The notes under the pieces: model-generated
Told to the model about the DNA's origin: nothing
Database searches by the model: none
What the model saw: the letters and a program-made list of their open reading frames with translations, nothing else
In this document: positions 7,970 through 18,302 of the stretch, piece by piece
How positions within the stretch are numbered: position 1 is the stretch's first letter
How the letters are laid out: every line of letters begins with the position of its first letter
Origin: Takakia lepidozioides
Lineage: Eukaryota; Plantae; Bryophyta
Reading direction: 5' to 3'
Assembly (NCBI GenBank): GCA_030704615.1
Contig: CM060731.1
Coordinates: 63,984,001-64,048,000, forward strand
Length of the DNA: 64,000 nucleotides
Translations under genes and position numbers: made by a program

Positions 7970-9891
7970 TGGCTTATGCTAGCCGCTCGAACAATGTTGC
8001 AGAGTCTAAGTATAGCTCATATGAGGGAGAATGCTTAGCTGCAGTGTGGGCCGTGGCACACTTCAGGTGCTATCTATACGGCAATCTCTTCACCCTTGTC
8101 ACGGATCACCAACCACTCAAGTGGTTGATGGAGTCAGACAAGCTTACGGGGAAGCTTGCACGGTGGGCACTCATCCTTCAAGAGTATGACTTTCAGGTGG
8201 TGCATCGACCGGGTTTGGTCAATCGCAATGCAGATGGGTTGAGTCGCAATCCATGCACGAGCCAGCAGGATGACACTGGAGCTCGGTGGCATGGTGAGAC
8301 GGACGAGGAGATGGTGCCCGGATGGCATGCATCTGCATTTCTGTGTATCTTGGCAGCGGAAGGCCAGGTTGGACCTGCAACAGGGATGACTGTAGATCAA
8401 GTGTCTGAGGACCCTGAGGCCAGCAATGAGCAAGGTGGCGCCAAAGATATACATGAGGATTCAGTTGTGTTGGACTACCTCCGCACTGGAGACACTGCAG
8501 CCACTGTGACTGCCAAGGAGAGGGATCGGATCCTACAACGAGCCAAGAGGTTCAAGTGGGAGGGGACACACCTGCTCCGAGTGTGGGAGGATGGTCGAGT
8601 GAGGATTGTGCCTCACCCAACACAGCGGGCACGGTTAGTGCGGCATGCCCATGAGGAGTTGGGGCATTTTGGGGTGCGACGCACTCATAGTCTACTGCAG
8701 GGGCAGTATTGGTGGCGTGGTATGCACACAGAGGTGCAACAATTTGTGGCTAGGTGCATGGTGTGTGACAGGGTGCGTGCTTCATTCAACGCCCCTACTC
8801 CACAATTGCACCCTCTTCCGATCATGGGATTGGGCTACAGGTGGAGTCTTGACTTCGCAGGGCCGTTGCCACTGACCATGCGTCACAACAAGTACGTGTT
8901 GGTGATGGTGGAGCACTTCTCCAAGTGGATTGAATTGGTTCCATTGCCTGATAAGGCTAGTGAGGGAGCTGCGTATGCATTCTTGGATTGTGTGCTTAGC
9001 CGATTCGGTGCTCCAGCTGAGGTACTCACGGACCAAGGGAGAGAGTTCTTGGGGGAGTTTCAGGCTTTGTGTGACAAGGCCTTGATAGACCACCGCACCA
9101 CTTCTCGGGATCATCCTGAAGCCGATGGCTTGGCAGAGAGAGTTGTTCAGACAGTAAAGAGGGGTTTGCGCAAGTATGGCTTGCAGAAGGGACACCTAGG
9201 AGATTGGGACCTTCAGTTACCCTGGTTAGCCATGGGCTACAGGTTCAGCAAGCAAGCATCACTTGCCTCCTTCTCACCATACTTTCTTCTCTTTGGCCGA
9301 GAGCCGGATTTGCCTACATCCATTCGTAGAGAAGCTGCTACAGTTCTTAACCTTGACGATCCGGACATGTGGGCACGTGCATGTGAGCAGCGTGCAGAGT
9401 TGTTCAAGAGAGTCATGCCCATGGCTTTCGAGAACCTTGCCATTGCACAACACCGTGATACGTTGAGGTATGCTACCATACGTGGTGGGGGCTATCGTCC
9501 TGGGGTTCGGAGATTCAACCCTGGTGACTATGTCTATCTGCAGCAGACTGCTCCTACGACCCTGGATGTGACTGCAGGACGTGTTATTTTGAGGGTTCGA
9601 GAGGTCTTGCCCTCAGGCGTCTTGGTCTTGGAGGGTCGGGATGGCATAACTTGGAAGGACCATGTGCGTAATTGTGCGCCATGTCACCTTCCGAATGTCG
9701 ATGGCAGGATTGACCCAAACCTGGCAGTGGTATCTGCAGGTTTGAGGTGCATGTTGTGTGGGTCTGCTAAAGGGGCAGCCACCATGCTGGTGTGTGATCG
9801 ATGCTCTAGAGGTTGGCATATGGGATGCTTGACTCCACCTCTTGAGATGGTTCCGGATGGGGATTGGTTATGTCCACATTGCATTGGATAG
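7912..9891 (+). CDS. pol: RNase H - integrase - C-terminal PHD finger
   Basis: RNase H GLGAVLTQ, YEGECLA, TDHQPL, NADGLSR; integrase Zn site H-H/CMVC; DDE motifs WSLDFAG, TDQG, AERVVQT; C4HC3 PHD CMLC…CDRC…HMGC…WLCPHC at ~9748-9882. Confidence 0.95.
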   Translation: MLGLGAVLTQVDDEGREFVVAYASRSNNVAESKYSSYEGECLAAVWAVAHFRCYLYGNLFTLVTDHQPLKWLMESDKLTGKLARWALILQEYDFQVVHRPGLVNRNADGLSRNPCTSQQDDTGARWHGETDEEMVPGWHASAFLCILAAEGQVGPATGMTVDQVSEDPEASNEQGGAKDIHEDSVVLDYLRTGDTAATVTAKERDRILQRAKRFKWEGTHLLRVWEDGRVRIVPHPTQRARLVRHAHEELGHFGVRRTHSLLQGQYWWRGMHTEVQQFVARCMVCDRVRASFNAPTPQLHPLPIMGLGYRWSLDFAGPLPLTMRHNKYVLVMVEHFSKWIELVPLPDKASEGAAYAFLDCVLSRFGAPAEVLTDQGREFLGEFQALCDKALIDHRTTSRDHPEADGLAERVVQTVKRGLRKYGLQKGHLGDWDLQLPWLAMGYRFSKQASLASFSPYFLLFGREPDLPTSIRREAATVLNLDDPDMWARACEQRAELFKRVMPMAFENLAIAQHRDTLRYATIRGGGYRPGVRRFNPGDYVYLQQTAPTTLDVTAGRVILRVREVLPSGVLVLEGRDGITWKDHVRNCAPCHLPNVDGRIDPNLAVVSAGLRCMLCGSAKGAATMLVCDRCSRGWHMGCLTPPLEMVPDGDWLCPHCIG

Positions 9892-10151
9892 TGGGAGTGG
9901 ATACAACCATGGAAGGCTAACAAGAAACGCAAGGCCCAGCTACTAGGAGACCTTGAACACACGAGGTCCTGGCTCAAGTTCACAGATTGCAAGACGGCGA
10001 CTAACGATGGGGCTACTCTTGTACCCGACCTCTTGGTCTATAGAGTTTGAGTGCAATAGGGGCAGTGATAGAGGACTTAGTACGGATGTGGCTATTACAT
10101 CTTGTAGCTATCTGGAGGTAGAGGGACCTACCCACCAGCTAGGGGGGCGAT

Positions 10152-10679
10152 TGTGGTAGACTACTTTATTTTGCATATATGTGTGGTGTGGTTTGGACAG
10201 CGATGTAGTTGTGTAGCGATACGTATGCGCACGACAGGTGTCAAGTTAAATAAGCACATTGTGAAAACGACTAGAATAAAGCTAGTTATTTGTACTTAAC
10301 ACTTGGATTTAGGTCAAGTGTTAAGTCAGGTGTCAGGTTTAGTTTGACACCTGAACCGTCTTATCTTCACGAGAGCGGCAGTCGCGCAGCTCATCTCTCT
10401 CGAGTTGAGCCTGCGCGACCGAGCTCATTCATCGCTTCAGATCTGAATGTGCTTATGATGGGAGTGTAGGTTGTTGTGGGGTGGAGTCCCCATAGCTTGG
10501 GGTGCCCCTGGCTCGACTTCTGTTTTAACGAGTGATGCTGTTGGATTCATGTTGTTTCTTGTATGAACAGTGTGTTCTTAGCTTTTCTTATCATTGTGGC
10601 AGACTACTTTATTGTGCATATATGTGTGGTGTGGTTTGGACAGCGATGTAGTTGTGTAGCGATACGTATGCGCACGACA
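10152..10679 (+). repeat. Candidate 3' LTR (528 bp) bounded by two 85-bp direct repeats (10152-10236 and 10595-10679)
   Basis: Starts TGT just after the PPT (AGGGGGGCGAT) and ends ACA, where PPR-coding sequence begins abruptly. The two 85-mers differ at 2 positions. No 5' LTR is available to confirm the limits. Confidence 0.65.
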
Positions 10680-13300
10680 AAGGCCTAGAAGTTGGAAAAC
10701 AGGTGCACACTCACATTGTCCAAAGTGGATTCACGCCGAACGTTTTTCTACTCAACAACCTTGTCAACATGTATGTTAAGGGGAGCATCATGGATGATCA
10801 CCAAGTGTTCAACACAGAATGCCTCAACGATCTTTAATCACGTGGAATATAATGTTGGCAGGATTACCAAGCATGGGCGTGGTACGAATGCTTTGGAGAC
10901 CTGTGAGCAAATGCGCGAAGGGGTGAAGCCCAACCACATCGTGTTTGTATGTGTTTGCAATGCATGTGCAAGCCTGGAAAAGGGGAACGAGGTCCATGGT
11001 GACATCGGTCAAAGCTAGAATTGCACTGGATGTCATTCTGAACACTGCCCTGACCTGGACATGTATGCCAAATGTGGATGCATTGAGGATGCAAAGGGAG
11101 TTTTTGACACTATGGCTAAACGAGATGTGGTGTTGTGGAGTGCGATGCTTGCAGTGTATATTCAACAGGGACGTGGGATGGAGGCTTTGGAGACCTATGA
11201 TCCAATGATGGGGGAGGGGGTGAAGCCCGGCCACTTTGTGTGCATTTGCAATGCTTGTGCAAGCCTGGCAGCCCTGGACAAGGGCAAAGAGGTGCATGGG
11301 GATATCATCAAAGCTGGAATTGTACCAAATGTCATTCTGAACAATGCCCTGGCAGCTCTGGAAAAGGGGAAAGAGGTCCATGGCGACATCTTCAGAGCTG
11401 GAATTGTACCAAATGTCAGTCTGAACCATACCCTGGTGGACATGTATGCGAAATGTGGTGCATTGAGCCTGGACGAGGGCAAAGAGGTGCATGGGGTATC
11501 ATCAAAGCTGGAATTGTACCAAATGTCATTATGAACACTGCCCTGGCAGCTCTGGAAAAAGGGGAAAGAGGTCCATGGCGATCTTCAGAGCTGGAATTGT
11601 ACCAAATGTCATTCTGAACCATATCCTGGTGGACATGTATGCAAAATGTGGGTGCATTGAGCCCTGGACAAAGGCGAAGCGGTGCATGGGGTATCATCAA
11701 AGTGGAATTGTACCAAATGTCATTATGAACACTGCCCTGGCAGCTCTGGAAAAGGGGAAAGAGGTCCATGGCGACATCTTCAGAGCTGGAATTGTACCAA
11801 ATGTCATTCTAAACCATACCTTGGTGGACATGTTTGCAAAATGTGGGTGCAAAGGGATCTAGGATCTAGGATGCAAAGGGAGTGTTCGACACTATGGCTG
11901 AACGAGATGTGGTGTCGTGGAGTGCGATGCTTGCAAGGTATGCACGGCAGGGATGTGGGATGGAGGCTTTGGAGACCTATGAGCAAAGGATGGGGGAAGC
12001 ACATCATGTTTGTGTGCATTTGCAATGCTCGTGCAAGCCTGGCAGCCCTGGAGACGGGCAAGAGGTGCATGGGGATATCATCAAAGCTGGAATTGTGCCA
12101 AATGTCAATCTGAACACTGCCCTAGCAGCTTTGGAAAAGGGGAAAGAGGTCCATGGCGACATCTTCAGAGTTGGAATTGTATCAGATGTCATTCTGAACA
12201 ATACCCTAGTGAACATGTTTGCAAAATGTGGGTGCATCTAGGATGCAAAGGGAGTGTTCGACACTATGGCTGAACAACATGTGGTGTCGTGGAGTGCGAT
12301 GCTTGCAGGGTATGCATGGCAGGAAAGTGGGATGGAGGCTTTGGAGAGCTATGAGCAAATGATGGGGGAAGCACATCATGTTTGTGTGCATTTGCAATGC
12401 ATGTGCAAGCCTGGTAGCCGGCTTGGAGAAGGGCAAGAGGTGCATGGGGATATCATCAAAGCTGGAATTGTGCCAAATGTCAATCTGAACACTGCCCTGG
12501 CAGCTTTGGAAATGGGGAAAGATGTCCATGGCGACATCTTCAGAGTTGGAATTGTACCAGATGTCAATTCTGAACAATACCCTGGTGAACATGTTTGCAA
12601 AATGTGGGTGCATCTAGGATGCAAAGGGAGTGTTCGACACTATGGCTGAACGAGATGTGGTGTCGTGGAGTGTGATATGATGCGCTTGCAGGGTATGCAC
12701 AACAGGGATGTGGAATGGAGGCTTTGGAGACCTATGAGCAATGGAAGTACATCATGTTTGTGTGCATTTGCAATGCTTGTGCAAGCCTGGCAGCCCTGGA
12801 GAAGGGCAAGAGGTGCATGGGGATATCATCAAAGCTGGAATTGTGCCAAATGTCAATCTGAACACTGTCATAACAGCTTTGGAAATGGGGAAAGATGTGC
12901 ATGGCGACATCTTCAGAGCTGGAATTGCACCAGATGACATTCTGAACAATACCCTGGTGAACTTGTTTGCAAAATGTGGGTGCATCTAGGATGCAAAGGG
13001 AGTGTTCGACACTATGGCTGAACGAGATGTGGTGTTGTGGAGTGCGATATGATGTGCTTGAAGGGTATGCACAACAGGGATGTGGAATGGAGGCTTTGGA
13101 GACCTATGAGCAATGGAAGCACATCATGTTTGTGTGCATTTGCAAGCCTAGCAGCGGGCCTGGAGAAGGCAAAGAGATACATGGGGATATCATCAAAGTT
13201 GGAATTGTACCAAATGTTAATCTGAACACTGCCCTGGCAGCTTTGGAAAAGGGGAAAGAGGTCCACATGGCGACATCTTCAGAGCTGGAATTGTACCAAA
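10680..13300 (+). pseudogene. PLS-class PPR pseudogene expanded into a tandem array (~66-bp and ~375-bp units)
   Basis: Repeated ALEKGKEVHGDI-x-x-AGIVPNVILN and MYAKCG-x-IEDAKGVFD…RDVVSWSAM motifs, with many frameshifts and recurrent TAG stops. No E or DYW domain. Confidence 0.88.
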
Positions 13301-13376
13301 GTGAATGTCTGTCAGATTACCAGATGCAAAGAGGTGCATGGTTGCATCGCCACAGGCAGCAGCTGCAGCGGCATAG

Positions 13377-13455
13377 TTGAACTAAATCCAAGTGTTAAAT
13401 ACAAATAACTAGCTTTATTCTAGTTAGTTTCACACTGTGTTTATTTAATTTGACA
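13377..13455 (-). repeat. 79-bp inverted copy of LTR-internal segment 10239-10317
   Basis: Reverse complement matches TGTCAAGTTAAATAAGCAC…GGATTTAGGTCAA with 8 mismatches by manual alignment. Confidence 0.85.
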
Positions 13456-13918
13456 AAGGGCCGAGTATTTTACAAGTACGATTTGCCGAATTTTGGATTT
13501 CCTTCAACTGCAAGCAAGCCCAAGATTTTACCGCTCCTCGAGGAACTCAGAGCTAAAGGAGGGCTGATGTCACGGACATAACCTAAAAAAAACTTACTAG
13601 AAATAAATACCAAAAATTATCAAGTTATCAAAAGTTACCATGATTTTCTATGATTTATCATAAGTTATCATTAGTTACTAATTTATCGAAATTAACTACC
13701 AAATTACGGAGAGTAACTCAGTAAGATGCTTCCCCAAGGAGGAAGTTTCTTGTGAGACTTCCCATGGTAGAGGAAGCTTCTCAGGAGACTTCCTTTAAGC
13801 ATTTCTGGGGCTACTAGTGTAAAACTAGCGCTTGGAAGAGCAATTTGAGTTTGTGATTCGAAGTGAGAATTTATCGAGAGGATAGCAGGGTGTACAGGTG
13901 ATTGCATTGCAAGCAGGA

Positions 13919-16900
13919 ATGGCAGAGCACGGCAAGTTGCGCCTCTACATTGATATACTCTCCCAGCCTTGTCGTGCTGTCCTCATCTTCTGCAGGTTCG
14001 TTGCACAGCTCTCTGCACGCGTCTTTCTCTTGAATCGCCAATCTTTTCTCTTTTAGGCGATCTGCGTACCGGTACCTGAATCTCTAGGATCAGTAATCTC
14101 CCGTAGACATTCAGGAGACAAATATTCAGAATCTCCAGACTCTCTAGAATCGGTACTCTGGACTTGTGTAATTTGGTCCTGCTATATCTCAATCAACATA
14201 AAGCACACTGGTGCAGATCATGTGTTCAATGTGGGTAATTACATTACAAGGTGCACTGGATCAATATTGCAGGCTCAGCGCCTTGCTGCGACAGCCGCAC
14301 CACCTTTCCCCCAGCATTGTGATACCTGCTACAATAAACCTATGTTAATTAGCCAGCACCCAAGTTAGGTGACTAGGTCATGCAGTGGGGTCGGGGTTGT
14401 GTGTGGTAGCTAGTTGGTGTATGTGTATGCATTGTACAGTTGCTGGCAGGCCGCGTGATGGATTGGGGTGATGGCCTGGCAGGGTTAACAATATAGAAGT
14501 GGAGGTGCACACTGTTGAGCTGATGAAAGGTGAAAACCAACGATCTGAATTCAAAGGTAAACACCCACTCGTCTGCCTTCTTTTGGAAAAGAAAATTCTG
14601 GATCAATTTCGTAGCTCGACCTGGTCTTGATTTCTGTCCTTGAAGATTGAAGGTTGGATTGGCTTTGAGGCTTGCAGAGTCATTTCTACTGAGCCTGAAT
14701 TCTGTTCAAGATGCAGCTATGGCGGTGGAAGCCCGCGCGTGTTCCTTAAGGCTCTGCGATGAAGTCTTTTAATCCAATGTGTCGTCCTTTGCCTTCTGAT
14801 CATGCGTTCACTGTAGATGTCACCGTCAAGGAAAGGGAGGGTTGCTGAAATATATAAAGCTTAGCACTTGAAATGTTCAAAACAAGTGGGAGGTGTGCAT
14901 CATGACAGTATCAATTGGTGTACGCAGCCATCAGTCCTATGGGACTAGTTCCTGCTATCGATGATGGTGGCTTACGGATTTTTGAGAGGTTAGTACACTT
15001 CACTACTTTAGTGATCTACACACGATCATCTTACTAGTTATCTGTCAACTTGAACATCCTTTCACAGTACACATATATACGAATTTTTACAATAATACGT
15101 GGGTATCCAGCCGGACATGTACATGTGTATCTTGAGTACCTAGGCCGATCCTGAAGTGTTTTTTGGGCTTCTCTTCTCGGGGAATTTGGGGGTGCAGCCA
15201 TGCAATCTTGCGATATTTGTCAAGTAAACCAGGAGTGGCTGATCACTGGTAAGTCATCCGTGGACATATGTTGGAAATTTAACCCATTCACATAGTACCA
15301 TACGACCTCAGCCCGGGAGTTATGTTTACTCAAGATATGAGCCCTACATGAGCAGTGCAATGACACGATGGATCCAGTAGATAGACACTTGGTTTACCTG
15401 TAGAGAGTTCACTGTACATGGAAATTGAGAGGAAAGTCAATGACCAAACGTACAATGCAGACTTCGGTTCGCAAATTACTTTCAGACCTCGTAGATGAAG
15501 CCAAAACAGGCCTATCTATTCTTTCCAAGATCTTTATCCCACGAGTAACTTTTCTTTTTGCAGGTACCCCAAGCTCGATATGCAGAGAAGAGCCCAAATT
15601 GACTGTGTACTGGATTGGCATCATGCGAATTTACACCGTGGTACAAGTATGAGCACTTGTTTTTCACTCGTTTTTCACTTATGTGCGTCTATGATATTTG
15701 TATATAGTGACATAATTCAGCTTGTGATCTCGATGGATCTCCCTGGGGATTGTTGGCTATCTCGGAATGAGTTTGTGTAAGCTCGTTACCAGTTTCATGA
15801 CCTTCTTTGGACTGATAAACTTGTACGTCCTGGAAACTTGTTCGTTTATAGTTTCTGAGAAGCCTCCTAGATGCATGCTTGAAACGTCCTTCACTCACTG
15901 CCTTGGCTTACTTCTTGAATCTGATAGCGGGTATTTTGAGCTTAGCTCAGGTGCCTGGGAAGTTATGCCAAGGTAATCCTCGTTATCTAATTTGTTCTGG
16001 ACTGGGACCACCATGCCAACGTTTGACTCGTAAAGTTCTCTTGAATTCACATATGTTATCTTAAGTTCCTGGAAGGAAAGGCGAAACAGCTCTTCCTCAA
16101 GATTTCCCTGAGCGACCCTAATTCTAAGCATTTACGGTGGACCTTATTAGGAAGAGGACGAGCTGCTTTATACTTTTAACCTAAGACTGCAGATACTCTT
16201 GCTGTTGTGCATGGACCACGGTTGTACATCATATTTGTTGAGCAATACCTGTTAACCACAATAATTTTGATTGACCTGATAGGGATTTAATGTAGAACTT
16301 CATAGTGTGGATGAGTAAGTTATTAACAAGTCCACCGTTGTTGTCAAGTTGCGGGTTTGAAATTTTAATCAAGTCCACCGGCATACATGAATATCTCACA
16401 GGGATACTCAATTTCAGAGTGAATAGTTCTCAATATATTGCATGCCAAAATGTGAATATTGCGCGGTATGCTCTACTATGCTTTGCACATTGCAACCCGA
16501 ATATTAATATCATCTATGCACATGAATGTTATGGCTGCAGCTGGAGTGCTGCGCCTGCGGGTGGTGAATGCACTACTCGGTAGGGAAGATACAGATGGAT
16601 GGCCACTATCTTCTGCTGAAAAGTCTTTGAGGTCAGCCCTCGAAATGCTAGAGACGGTGTGGTTGCAAGCAGGACAACGATTTGTGGTCAAGGGGGATCA
16701 ACCATCTATTGCAGACCTCAGCCTTGCATGTACGGTGCAGCAACTGCAGGTACTCATAATGTGTGATGACTTGCATATGTGTTTCCAGTATGGTGCCCAA
16801 CGATCGAAGTGCCAAACAAGATTGTCGGTTCTGATGGCCAATGTTGTAACTCCGGAGTTGCAAATGGATACTAGGAGTCAAGGAAGTGTATAAGAAACTG

Positions 16901-17191
16901 GTAGGCACTTCTGTCGTCCTAAGGTTGCATGATAGCCACTATTCCATACAGTTATTTGAGTTCACCAGGGTTGGATTTTTTGGGCAGCTGCTGGAGAAAA
17001 AGGAGGAGGTAGCTTTGCTCGCCTCTAAGGAAAGGGTTGCAGCATGGATAGCTGCAGTAAAGAATGCTACACAGCCACACTTTGAAGAGGTGCATGAGGC
17101 CTTCTACAATCTTTCCAAGCATCTCCAAGAGGAACGGTATAAGGCTGCTCAGGTCGAGGAATTTACATTAGATGTCGGAGTTGAAGCATAA
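13919..17191 (+). CDS. GSTT: Theta-class glutathione S-transferase, 7 exons
   Basis: GT-AG exons: MAEHGKLRLYIDILSQPCRAVLIFC (13919-13995); VNNIEVEVHTVELMKGENQRSEFK; ISPMGLVPAIDDGGLRIFES; HAILRYLSSKPGVADHW; YP…VLDWHHANLHRG; …QPSIADLSLAC…; last exon ends at TAA 17191. Confidence 0.92.
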
Positions 17192-18302
17192 AAGCAACCC
17201 AGGTATTTCAAAGCATTGCAAACATTCATGAATAGCAATGTTGGGATCCTGCATTGGGGTTGGGGACTCTACACTTCTGTGAGGTCCCAGTGTTTGGTTT
17301 GTTAGGTCACATCTGGCCAAATAAAGTTGCTATGGACCAGTAGGATGCAACAATTTCCAGCATTGTATCTTTCTGATCAACCACAATATACATCGTAAAG
17401 TTAGACTATCTAGAGCAATTTGGCAACACTTGAAATCTTGGGCTCTAAACCAAAATGTCCAGTGTGGGGACAGGTTATGGTTGCTGCAGCTTTTCTCCCC
17501 AGTCACTGGTCGAGGTTAGCTAAAACTCCATTTCTAACATGAGCACAGCAAGGGTAGCCCTGCAGTTGGCTCTGTAGTTGATAAAGTATCCTGAATGTAT
17601 CTAAGGAAGTAGAGCTGGCATACTGTGTCTCTTATCCTTACCATTCCTCACTCAAAGGCTAGGATGGGCTGTGAGTCTTCATGCTTGGCTTCCAGATCGG
17701 GGTACGGAATGAATATAAACTTCTCGGTACTTTTCAGGCTGGTGGAGGGGTTACAAGCTGAAGTTTAGAGTTGAATCAAGTGGTTGTGGTAGAGATGTAC
17801 AGAGGTGAAGTGGTCATCTGAATAGTAAAGAGGCATTTATGGGCAAATGCAGTGTATGAATGGTGGTCAACTCTGTACTTTAGATCTATGCTGTTGTTCG
17901 TTGCAATGCGGGTCCCCTCCTGTCTAGCAAAGCACCTTCACAGAGCATACATCCCAATTTTACATTCTTATTACCAGGAGAGAATTAGCTGTGTCTCACA
18001 CTTCACAGAATCTATGTAGAAGAAACTAATGAGAACTTACCTGGCCAAGATTTCTGTACGTAGTAATTTAAAAGAGGGGGGGACGGTCCAAATTTTCAAA
18101 ATCTAGAAGTGGCCTTCAATCATGGGCTGGGATCAGTCTGGGACCTGTCCAGTCTAACGCCAGCTGCCTCAATGTGCTTTGTGAAAGCTGGCTGGTGCCA
18201 TCCCTGCGTAGTTCTGTTCCTTAATTCTTTTGGTGAAAGAGATCTTGCAACAAACCCTGGGTTTGAACTGCCAACTGTTCCTTCCACAAGGAGTAAAACG
18301 TA

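Larger units (their letters stand above)
1453..10679 (+). mobile_element. Ty3/gypsy LTR retrotransposon encoding a C5-cytosine DNA methyltransferase and a PHD finger (5' LTR not seen)
   Basis: Domain order Gag-PR-DNMT-RT-RH-IN-PHD; RT-RH-IN order is Ty3/gypsy. Purine tract AGGGGGG at 10141 is followed by a TG…CA segment. No LTR copy found upstream of gag. The 5' boundary is inferred. Confidence 0.92.

Noticed and set aside
9892-10051. In-frame extension past the pol stop codon
   Set aside because: Only about 50 codons, no CARYYA context and no recognisable domain.
10239-13455. Intact Pack-MULE carrying PPR fragments
   Set aside because: No target-site duplication (flanks GCACGACAGG versus AAGGGCCGAG), and the left repeat lies inside the candidate LTR.
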